The notes beneath the pieces were generated by a model, which was not told where the DNA came from, ran no database searches, and saw nothing but the letters and a program-made list of their open reading frames with translations. From assembly GCA_964429585.1 (NCBI GenBank), contig CAYSCN010000001.1, positions 49,809-113,808 on the forward strand: 64,000 nt of DNA, in the 5' to 3' direction. The translations under genes were made by a program, and so were the position numbers. Positions 1-7,765 of the stretch are shown in pieces (positions within the stretch are counted from its first letter, which is position 1; every line of letters starts with the position of its first letter). The DNA is from an uncultured bacterium. GTDB lineage: Bacteria; Desulfobacterota; Deferrimicrobia; J040.

Positions 1-43
1 GAGTGTGAGAAGGAGCGAAGAAGGGACTGATGTAAGAGGGGAG

Positions 44-69
44 CGGGGAGACCTGCACGGTCTCCCCGT
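44..69 (-). terminator. GC-rich hairpin just downstream of norB
   Basis: CGGGGAGACC-tgcac-GGTCTCCCCG, perfect 10-bp stem 5 nt past the norB stop. Confidence 0.55.
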
Positions 70-74
70 AGACA

Positions 75-1439
75 TCAGTAGGCGCCTTCTTCCGAGAGAG
101 TTCCGTATGCCGCTGCTTTTTCTTCCGCCGGTCTTATCGTGAGAAGGTCGTAGACGGTAATTATTACTCCCGCCAGGAATGCTATCCCGAAGAAGAATGC
201 TATCGCCATCCAGAGCCTCATGTAGCTTTGTGCCGTCATGTAGCCCAGGCCGAGCATCCTCTCTACGTAAGACTGGATCACGCCTGCCACGCCGAAAGCG
301 AGTCCGATTCCAAGCATGGAAATGGTCATGGTCCAGAAACCTATCTTTCCCAGTTTTTCGTCGAATACCTCTATCCCCTTTAGTTTTGGGAGCATGAAAT
401 ACGCCGCTGTCAGGTTGAGCAACACGTAGGCTCCGAAGAACGCCAGGTGTCCGTGGGACACCGTTACCTGTGACCCGTGCGTGTAATAGTTGATTTGCGG
501 CAGCGTGTGGGCTATCCCCCAGACTCCAGCTCCGAGAAGGTGGTAAACTGCATTGCCCACGGCGTACGTGACCAGTAACCGGTTCTTTATCTCGCCCCTG
601 CGGTGTTTGACGTGGTTCAGGGTGTCGAAGACCATGAATATGATGGGGAGAGGCTCGAGGGCGCTGAAGATTCCGCCCACCCAGAGCCAGTATCTCGGAG
701 CTCCGAGCCAGTAATAATGATGTCCTGTTCCGGCTATCCCGGTGAACAGAAAGAGTCCTATCTCCACGTAGAGCCACTTTTCAACCACTTCTCTGTCGAC
801 ACCGGTCATTTTCAATAGGATGAATGCAATTATCGCTCCCGTCACCAACTCCCAGGCGCCTTCGACCCAGAGGTGGATGACCCACCACCAGTAATACCAG
901 TCGATGGAAGCGTTCTTGTAGAAAGGAACGCCAAAGAGATAGAGGAGTGCCAGAAACACGAGCCCGCCCAGAAGAGTTCCCTGGATAGCGGTCCATCTGT
1001 TCGCTTTGATCATGGTTATACCGATGTTGAACAGGAATATGAGTGCGCCGATTACCACGAGCATATCCAGCGGTCTTGGGATTTCGAGCAGGGGTCTTCC
1101 CTGTGTCCATCCGAACAAAAACCCTATTATTGCCGCCACTCCCGTGAGAACGAGTATCACGAGCTGTATGTAGGCGAGCTTGGTGGAATAGATTTCGCTT
1201 TCGGTTTCTTCCGGGACTATGTAGTAGGCTCCCCCCATGAACCCGAGCAGAAGCCACAGCACGAGCAGATTCGTGTGAATGGCTCTGGCTGTGGCGAATG
1301 GGAACGCATTCACCACCGATTGTGGAATTGTTATGAAATAGTTGAGCGCCAGGTAGAGGCCCACTATGACCTGAAGGACGAACAGTGGCAGAGCCACCAT
1401 GAAATAGACCTTGGCGATTTGCTGTGATTTGTACTTCAT
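75..1439 (-). CDS. norB: Nitric oxide reductase large subunit (cNOR, heme-copper oxidase superfamily)
   Basis: 454 aa, multi-TM. HLWVEGAWE (non-heme Fe His/Glu motif typical of NOR rather than O2 reductases), GTGHHYYW and HGHLAFFG; adjacent to norC. Confidence 0.92.
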   Translation of the reverse strand: MKYKSQQIAKVYFMVALPLFVLQVIVGLYLALNYFITIPQSVVNAFPFATARAIHTNLLVLWLLLGFMGGAYYIVPEETESEIYSTKLAYIQLVILVLTGVAAIIGFLFGWTQGRPLLEIPRPLDMLVVIGALIFLFNIGITMIKANRWTAIQGTLLGGLVFLALLYLFGVPFYKNASIDWYYWWWVIHLWVEGAWELVTGAIIAFILLKMTGVDREVVEKWLYVEIGLFLFTGIAGTGHHYYWLGAPRYWLWVGGIFSALEPLPIIFMVFDTLNHVKHRRGEIKNRLLVTYAVGNAVYHLLGAGVWGIAHTLPQINYYTHGSQVTVSHGHLAFFGAYVLLNLTAAYFMLPKLKGIEVFDEKLGKIGFWTMTISMLGIGLAFGVAGVIQSYVERMLGLGYMTAQSYMRLWMAIAFFFGIAFLAGVIITVYDLLTIRPAEEKAAAYGTLSEEGAY

Positions 1440-1455
1440 CTCATTTCCTCCCTTT

Positions 1456-2160
1456 TCATTTGAGGTTCGACAGGAAGTCGGCCAGCGCTTCGAGTTCGTC
1501 TTCGGAGAGCTGACTCTGTGGGGGCATGGTCGCTCCGGGCCGGACTGACTGCGGGTTTCTGACGAACCTGACGAAGAAGTTCCTGTCGTAACTTGCCCCT
1601 ACTCCGTCCAGCTCTGGCCCCACGTCCCCTCCGACTCCTTCGATGGAGTGACACTGAATGCAGCCCCTGGTTTTAAAGATTGCTGCTCCTTTGGACATTC
1701 CGACTGCCCCCGCCAGGCGGTAGGTGGCCCTTTTCGCCCTGTCCAGGCTGTCCTGTGGCGGCCAGTCGTTGTTGTCGATTTCGCTGATCCACTTCAGAAA
1801 CGCAATCAGATTGCTCACTTCTTCATCGCTCAGATGCTGGTTTGGCATTTTCCTCCACGAATTGGCGAATGCTTTTTCGGGGCTCTTCACTACAAAGGCA
1901 ATCCCTTCTGCTCCCAGCCTGCGGTAGACTTTGGTCATATCCGGAGCGTAGTAGCCGCCGAAGCCCAGAATAGTGTGGCAATCGTTACAGTTGTACTTCT
2001 CCCATACCTTCTTCCCCGCCACGACTTTCGCGTCGAGCCTGTCGGCGTGAGTCAGAACGTGTATCTGCCTCTGAGTGTCGAATGTGAGATAGAGAAACAG
2101 GACCGCCGACGAAAGCGTTCCCACGAGGAAGATCCAGAATGCGGTTTTCTTCGACATCAC
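1456..2160 (-). CDS. norC: Nitric oxide reductase cytochrome c subunit with an extra C-terminal cytochrome c domain
   Basis: N-terminal TM helix, CNDCH...GGYYAPDMT (NorC-like), then a second class I cyt c domain CIQCH...GPEL...MPP. Confidence 0.85.
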   Translation of the reverse strand: MMSKKTAFWIFLVGTLSSAVLFLYLTFDTQRQIHVLTHADRLDAKVVAGKKVWEKYNCNDCHTILGFGGYYAPDMTKVYRRLGAEGIAFVVKSPEKAFANSWRKMPNQHLSDEEVSNLIAFLKWISEIDNNDWPPQDSLDRAKRATYRLAGAVGMSKGAAIFKTRGCIQCHSIEGVGGDVGPELDGVGASYDRNFFVRFVRNPQSVRPGATMPPQSQLSEDELEALADFLSNLK

Positions 2161-2224
2161 CTTTCCCCCTTTCTAAAATTGGTCTCGGTAGCGATAATTA
2201 TATTTGTGGGGGGATTCGAGGTTA

Positions 2225-2238
2225 TTGACCGAAGTCAA
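2225..2238. promoter_or_regulatory. CRP/FNR-family (HcpR/Dnr-like) palindrome 1
   Basis: TTGAC-CGAA-GTCAA in the norC/hao divergent intergenic region. Confidence 0.75.
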
Positions 2239-2271
2239 GCGGTTGGATTTATTGGATGGGTTTTCTCAAAT

Positions 2272-2285
2272 TTGACTTACGTCAA
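2272..2285. promoter_or_regulatory. CRP/FNR-family (HcpR/Dnr-like) palindrome 2
   Basis: TTGAC-TTAC-GTCAA, second perfect copy starting 47 nt after the first. Confidence 0.75.
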
Positions 2286-2375
2286 TTACAGGCGAAAATC
2301 CTCGAAATATCCTTCGGCAGGATAATGTCGGAAGGTGCAGTGAACCAGCCAAACAGAATTGAGGGAGGTGGTGAG

Positions 2376-3695
2376 ATGCACCGTAAAATTGCCTTCTTTG
2401 TACCCGCAGTCCTGCTGTTAACCGTAATTTTTGCCTTCACCGCGGGCCGCTCAGTTGCGTCTACGGTGGGGGTTCCAAAGGGAAGTAAGGCGTGTGTTTC
2501 GTGCCACACCAGGAAGAAAGTCGGCGTGGCCGCCATAGGCGAGTGGCGCCAGTCCACCCACGCGAAGGAGGGAGTTGGGTGTTATGACTGTCATCAGGCG
2601 AAGAAGGGTGAGCCGGATGCGTTCAAGCATTATGGAAAGTACATTGCGATCATCGTGTCGCCCAAGGATTGTGCTGAATGTCATGAGGAGGAAGCGACCC
2701 AGTTTCAGAAATCTCACCACGCGAGAGGAGGCGAGATTCTCGGATCGCTCGACAACTTTTTGGGAGAAGTTGTGGAGGGACCACCGGCTGTCATCAACGG
2801 GTGCAAGCAGTGCCACGGCTCTTACGTGAAGGTGACCAAGGACGGTATGCTTGACCCTTCGACCTGGCCTAACACGGGGATCGGAAGGATAAATCCCGAT
2901 GGTTCAAAAGGTTCCTGCACCGCCTGCCATTCCAGACACTACTTCAGCGCCAAGGTGGCGAGGAGACCCGAGTCCTGCGGAAAGTGCCATCTGGGACCGG
3001 ATCATCCTCAGAAGGAGATCTACGACGAGTCCAAGCACGGCATAGCCTTCTACTCAAACGTGGACAGGATGAACCTGGACAGCGACTCGTGGGTGGTGGG
3101 AGTCGACTACACCGCTGCTCCGACCTGCGCAACCTGCCATATGAGCGCCACGCCGGATATGGAGGCCACGCACGATCCGGGCGAGAGGATCTCCTGGACG
3201 CTCAGACCCGTGGTTTCCAAACACATGGAAAACTGGCAGGAGAAAAGGGAAAACATGAAGAAGGTGTGCATCAACTGTCACAACAGGAGGTATGTGGACG
3301 CTTTCTTCACCCAGTATGATCTATCCATAGAGCTTTACAACGAGAAGTTCGCTAAGCCCGCAAAGGAAATAATGTCGAGGCTCAGAAAAGCCGGCAAGCT
3401 CACGCCCACTCCGTTCGACGAGAAGATCGAGTGGACGTTCTTCTACCTCTGGCACCACGAGGGTAGAAGGGCCAGGCACGGAGCGGCCATGATGGGACCC
3501 GACTACACGCAGTGGCACGGGTTCTTCGAGGTTGCAGAGAGATTCTACTTCGAGCTGGTTCCTGAAGCCGAGGAGCTTCTTCCCGGAGTCACGAAGGACA
3601 TAATCGCTCAGGACCAGCACAAGTGGCTTAAGGGTATAAGCAAGGAGGAGAGAGAGAAGATAATGAAGTTCTATGAGAAGAGGTATGGAGAGTAG
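2376..3695 (+). CDS. Octaheme cytochrome c of the hydroxylamine oxidoreductase (HAO) family, probably reductive type
   Basis: Start moved to ATG 2376 (GGAGG SD, signal peptide). Eight CxxCH motifs (CVSCH, CYDCH, CAECH, CKQCH, CTACH, CGKCH, CATCH, CINCH), GPDHPQ and MGPDYTQWHG. Confidence 0.85.
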   Translation: MHRKIAFFVPAVLLLTVIFAFTAGRSVASTVGVPKGSKACVSCHTRKKVGVAAIGEWRQSTHAKEGVGCYDCHQAKKGEPDAFKHYGKYIAIIVSPKDCAECHEEEATQFQKSHHARGGEILGSLDNFLGEVVEGPPAVINGCKQCHGSYVKVTKDGMLDPSTWPNTGIGRINPDGSKGSCTACHSRHYFSAKVARRPESCGKCHLGPDHPQKEIYDESKHGIAFYSNVDRMNLDSDSWVVGVDYTAAPTCATCHMSATPDMEATHDPGERISWTLRPVVSKHMENWQEKRENMKKVCINCHNRRYVDAFFTQYDLSIELYNEKFAKPAKEIMSRLRKAGKLTPTPFDEKIEWTFFYLWHHEGRRARHGAAMMGPDYTQWHGFFEVAERFYFELVPEAEELLPGVTKDIIAQDQHKWLKGISKEEREKIMKFYEKRYGE

Positions 3696-3901
3696 AGAGG
3701 TGTGGATGCCGGGCCGGTGCTCCATATGGTCCGGCGTCTCCTCTGCATCATCGGGCGCTTCCCCATAACTTCGGGGAGAGGTGGTTGCCTCTCCCCTTTC
3801 TGCTATCGGGATGATATTTTCTCGTTCGGCTTGGCCGGCGGTTTGGCGTCCAGCGTCGTTTATTTTCATGTTGACAGAGGCGGGGAAGCATGGTTATATA
3901 C

Positions 3902-3920
3902 TTTAGAAAGTTCGAAACTA
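3902..3920. promoter_or_regulatory. Putative ArsR operator, copy 1
   Basis: TTTAGAAAGTTCGAAACTA; 16/19 identical to the reverse complement of 4309-4327; lies just upstream of the arsR start. Confidence 0.5.
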
Positions 3921-3930
3921 AGGAACTAAA

Positions 3931-4281
3931 GTGAAAATAGACAATAAGCAGATATACGAGATTCACGCGGAGTTCTGCAAGGTAATAGCCAACGCCAAGA
4001 GACTGATGATAATAGCTCTCCTGGAAGAGGGGGAGATGAGCGTGGGCGATATGGCGGAGGCGATGGGCATCTCCATTTCGAACGTCAGCCAGCACCTGAG
4101 GGTCTTAAGGTCTCAGAACATCGTTCAGGTGAGAAAAGAAGGGCAGGTCGTTTATTACAGGCTCACCGAACCCAGGCTTCCCAAACTGTGCAAGGAGATT
4201 AGGGCTCTTCTGCTAAAAATGATGACCAATCAGGGAAAAGTGGCCGAGGGATTCGAGAGCGAGGTTAAGGAGAAAGGCTGA
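3931..4281 (+). CDS. ArsR/SmtB-family transcriptional repressor
   Basis: wHTH motif SNVSQHLRVLR...VRKEGQVVYY; Cys16 and Cys87. Confidence 0.88.
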   Translation: MKIDNKQIYEIHAEFCKVIANAKRLMIIALLEEGEMSVGDMAEAMGISISNVSQHLRVLRSQNIVQVRKEGQVVYYRLTEPRLPKLCKEIRALLLKMMTNQGKVAEGFESEVKEKG

Positions 4282-4308
4282 AATTTTTTTTTTCGTTTTT
4301 TTATTTAC

Positions 4309-4327
4309 TACTTTCGAAGCTTCTAAA
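4309..4327. promoter_or_regulatory. Putative ArsR operator, copy 2 (upstream of tusA operon)
   Basis: TACTTTCGAAGCTTCTAAA, inverted near-copy of 3902-3920. Confidence 0.5.
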
Positions 4328-4361
4328 TTTATCATATTGACAAAGAAAGAGGAGGTGGATC

Positions 4362-4616
4362 ATGACTTCCGAGGAATTGAAGGAACTGAAGGTTGACAAG
4401 GTGGTAGATGCGAGGGGAACAGCGTGCCCGGGGCCTCTTCTCGAGGCGAAAAGGGGAATAGCTTCTGTTCCCAAAGAAGGGGTGATGGAGGTTCTTTCAT
4501 CTGACGAGGCGACGACCGAGGACATTCCGCTATGGTGCAAAAAGGTGGGTCACGAATTCCTCGGAGTTGTTGAGGAACCAGGGTACTGGCGCGTTTTCGT
4601 CCGGAGAAAGAAGTGA
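4362..4616 (+). CDS. tusA: TusA/SirA-family sulfur carrier
   Basis: 84 aa, VDARGTACPGP motif and SSDEATTEDIPLWC; GGAGG SD. Confidence 0.9.
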   Translation: MTSEELKELKVDKVVDARGTACPGPLLEAKRGIASVPKEGVMEVLSSDEATTEDIPLWCKKVGHEFLGVVEEPGYWRVFVRRKK

Positions 4617-5008
4617 CGGGAAAAAGCAGGGGAAAGCCCAGGATCCTCGTGTTCTCGACGGTGAGCATCTCCGATCCGGGCATCGACATGGCGGGTTCCG
4701 CCCACATGGATTACCCGTCTACCGTCGAGGTGATATCACTTCCGTGCTCGAGCTCCATCAGGCCGGATTGGATACTTTACGCTCTCGAGAAGGGGTTCGA
4801 CGGAGTTTTCATCGCTGCCGATGGAGGGGACTGCCCGTATCACCCGGATTGCACGACCCTGACTGGAAAGATCGTCCAGAGGGCCCAGGAGATGATGAGG
4901 GAGAAGGGGGTCGATCCGGGAAGGCTCAAGATGGCGGCGATATGCTCGGTTTGCTCCGAGGCTTTCGTTTCCCACGTGAAAAAGCTCTCGGAGCAACTCG
5001 AAAACTGA
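4613..5008 (+). CDS. mvhD: MvhD/FlpD-like [2Fe-2S] subunit, atypical
   Basis: LPCSSSIRPDWILYALEKGFDGVF..GDC..GVDPGRL; GTGA overlap with tusA. Confidence 0.75.
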   Translation: MTGKSRGKPRILVFSTVSISDPGIDMAGSAHMDYPSTVEVISLPCSSSIRPDWILYALEKGFDGVFIAADGGDCPYHPDCTTLTGKIVQRAQEMMREKGVDPGRLKMAAICSVCSEAFVSHVKKLSEQLEN

Positions 5009-5029
5009 ATTTCAGGGAGGATTCAGGCG

Positions 5030-7765
5030 GTGGATTACGACGCCCTCGTTGTTGGAGCCGGAATAGCCGGGATGGAGTCTGCCCTAACCCTGGGCGATAT
5101 GGGATTTCGGGTTCTTCTCGTCGAGAAGGAGCCGAGTGTGGGTGGGAAGATGATACTTTTGAGCAAGGTGTTTCCGACTCTTGACTGCGCGAGTTGCATT
5201 TCCACCCCGAAGATGGCTGCTGTGGCACATCACCCGAATGTAAAACTCCTCAACTACAGCGAGGTGGAGAGAATTTCGAGGAATGGAGATGGAACGTTCG
5301 ATGTGGTTGTTAAGAGGAAAGCGGCGTTCGTTGACCCCGCCAGGTGCACGGGTTGCGGGGACTGCGAGAAAGCGTGTACGGTCCCGGTTCCGGACAGGTT
5401 CAACTTCGGGCTCGTGGCTCATCGCGCGGCTCACATCCCCTTCCCCCAGGCTGTTCCCAAAAAAGCGGTGATAACCAGGGAAGGAACGTCTCCCTGCACC
5501 TACAGTTGTCCGGCAGGTGTGAAGGCTCACGGATACATAGCCCTGGTGAGGGCCGGCAGATACGACGAGGCGTTCAGACTTCACATGGAAGATGCTCCTC
5601 TTCCTGGAGTCCTGTCGCGGGCGTGTTACGCTCCGTGCGAAGCCGCGTGCACGAGGGGTGAACTGGACGGGAGCCTTCGAATCAGAATGATCAAACGATT
5701 CATGGTCGACAGGTATTACGAGGAACATCCCGAACCCGAATATGCCCCCCCTGAGAAGTCGAGAGAGCAAAAAGTGGCGGTTGTGGGGTCCGGACCGGCG
5801 GGCCTCGCTGCTGCCTATTTTCTCGCCAGGGAAGGCTTCAGAGTCAAGGTTTTCGAGGCGATGGAGGAACCGGGAGGCATGTTGAGATACGGGATTCCCC
5901 CGTACAGGCTCCCCAGGGAGGTTCTGGACAGAGACTTGAGGAACATCACTGCCCTGGGCGTCGAGATCGAGACGTGCCACAGGGTGAAGTCTATAAAAAA
6001 ACTGAAAGAGGAGTTCGATGCGGTTTTCATTTCCGTCGGGACGTTTTCCCCGATCGAGCTCGGTATAGAAGGTGAGAATTTCGAAGGGGTGATGAATTCG
6101 ATTGAGTTCTTGAAGAGGGCGTTTTCCGAAAGGGGCCGATTCCTCGCTGGCAAAAAGGTGCTGGTTGTGGGAGGTGGAAACGTGGCGATAGACTCCGCCA
6201 GGACAGCGCTCAGGCTTGGGGCGAGGGAAGTGGAAATAGTCTACCGCAGGACCAGAGACGAAATGCCCGCTCACAGGTGGGAAGTGGAAGCGGCGCTTGA
6301 AGAGGGAGTGAAAATCAGGGAGCTTGCCGCCCCCGTCAGATTCGAGGGGACTTCAGGTGAGTTGACCGGCGCAGTCGTTGTAAGAATGAGGCTCGGAGAG
6401 CTTGACGAAAGCGGCAGGAGAAGGCCGATTCCCATCGAGGGGAGCGAGTTTTCGATTCCCGCAGACGCAATAATACTCGCAGTGGGATTGAAGCCCGAGA
6501 CGTCGGTGTTCGCCGACGAGCTCGAGCTGAACGAAGATGGGACGGTGAAAGTCGATCCTGGAACGCTCGAGACGTCGTTGAGTGGGGTGTTCGCCGGGGG
6601 AGACGCGGTTACTGGACCGTCGATGATAATCCAGGCCATAGGGCAGGGGAAGAGGGCGGCGTTTTTCATTTCCCGATATCTGGAAAATGGAGAAACCAGC
6701 GGATTGGAGTTTCCCGAGCTTCTCCCGCCGGTTGAGAAGGAGAAAGTGTTGAGGGGCGGGTCCGGCTTTTCACGGGACGGCAATGGGAAACCGACCCCGA
6801 AGAGTCGTGTCCTGGTCAGGGAAATTCCCCCGGAGAAAAGGACGCGGTCGATGGAGGAGGTGGAACAGCCGTTTTCCGAGGAAGAAGCTCTTCGAAGCGC
6901 GGGCAGGTGCCTCGATTGCGCCGTCTGCTCGCTCTGCGGAGAGTGCGTGAGAGTCTGCCCCTCGGGGGCGATCGATTTTTCGATGAGAGAGATCGTTGAG
7001 GAGTACAGGGTTGGTTCCGTGATCTTCTCCACGGGGTTTAGACTCTACGATCCCGGTTTGAAAGAGCAGTACGGTTTCGGGAAGTTTCCGAACGTTATCA
7101 CCGCGATGCAGATGGACAGGCTTCTTGCGCCGACCAGGCCTTTCAACAGCGTTCTCAGGCCATCAGACGGGAAAGTTCCCGACAACATCGCTTACGTTCT
7201 CTGCGTCGGGTCCCGTGATAGAACTGCGGACAACCCCTACTGTTCCCGCGTCTGCTGCATGTACTCGATCAAGCAGGCCCAGCTCATTCTCGGCGCTGTG
7301 CCACTTGCTGACGTGACCATTTACTACATGGACATCAGAGCTTTCGGAAAAGGGTACGAGGAATTCTTCGAGCAGGCGAAGGCAATGGGCATCTACTTTG
7401 TGAAGGGCAGGGTCGCGAGGGTAGAGGAGAAAGCGGACGGGAACCTGCTTGTTTACTACGAGGATATAGAGGGTTCCGGAAGAGTGGAGGTGGCGGAGCA
7501 CGATCTGGTGGTTCTTTCGGTCGGACTTCTCCCCGGGAGCGATCTGTCAGGAATGATAGAAGGGGAATCTCTGGAACTTTCGGAGCTCATGTTCGCGAGG
7601 GAGAGGGATGAGATTCTCGATCCGGGAAGGACGAATCTGGAAGGGGTGTTCGTGGCCGGAGCGGCTGTGGGTCCCAGGGATATTCCGGACACGGTGCTTC
7701 ACTCGGGGGCAGTGGCGGCGCAGGTCGCTGCTCGTCTGATGAAAATGAGGAGCGTCAGGACATGA
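5030..7765 (+). CDS. hdrA: HdrA/QmoA-like flavoprotein with inserted GltD/NfnB-like NAD(P)H module (HdrL type)
   Basis: VVGAGIAG FAD site, FPTLDCASC, ferredoxin motifs; insert CTYSCPA...RACYAPCEAAC, GSGPAG, GGGNVA, YRR; C-terminal LCVGSR...CSRVCCMYSIK. Confidence 0.88.
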   Translation: MDYDALVVGAGIAGMESALTLGDMGFRVLLVEKEPSVGGKMILLSKVFPTLDCASCISTPKMAAVAHHPNVKLLNYSEVERISRNGDGTFDVVVKRKAAFVDPARCTGCGDCEKACTVPVPDRFNFGLVAHRAAHIPFPQAVPKKAVITREGTSPCTYSCPAGVKAHGYIALVRAGRYDEAFRLHMEDAPLPGVLSRACYAPCEAACTRGELDGSLRIRMIKRFMVDRYYEEHPEPEYAPPEKSREQKVAVVGSGPAGLAAAYFLAREGFRVKVFEAMEEPGGMLRYGIPPYRLPREVLDRDLRNITALGVEIETCHRVKSIKKLKEEFDAVFISVGTFSPIELGIEGENFEGVMNSIEFLKRAFSERGRFLAGKKVLVVGGGNVAIDSARTALRLGAREVEIVYRRTRDEMPAHRWEVEAALEEGVKIRELAAPVRFEGTSGELTGAVVVRMRLGELDESGRRRPIPIEGSEFSIPADAIILAVGLKPETSVFADELELNEDGTVKVDPGTLETSLSGVFAGGDAVTGPSMIIQAIGQGKRAAFFISRYLENGETSGLEFPELLPPVEKEKVLRGGSGFSRDGNGKPTPKSRVLVREIPPEKRTRSMEEVEQPFSEEEALRSAGRCLDCAVCSLCGECVRVCPSGAIDFSMREIVEEYRVGSVIFSTGFRLYDPGLKEQYGFGKFPNVITAMQMDRLLAPTRPFNSVLRPSDGKVPDNIAYVLCVGSRDRTADNPYCSRVCCMYSIKQAQLILGAVPLADVTIYYMDIRAFGKGYEEFFEQAKAMGIYFVKGRVARVEEKADGNLLVYYEDIEGSGRVEVAEHDLVVLSVGLLPGSDLSGMIEGESLELSELMFARERDEILDPGRTNLEGVFVAGAAVGPRDIPDTVLHSGAVAAQVAARLMKMRSVRT

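Noticed and set aside
3702-3929. 75-aa ORF between hao and arsR
   Set aside because: Overlaps hairpins and the arsR promoter; no SD or motifs.
4283-4302. Poly-T tract as a phase-variation site
   Set aside because: Intergenic, upstream of the operator and outside any CDS; no evidence of length variation from one sequence.
5084-6274. 396-aa minus-strand ORF (also 6271-7032, 17373-18440, 32306-33397, 34228-35100)
   Set aside because: Each lies wholly opposite a strongly supported gene and has no recognisable motifs.
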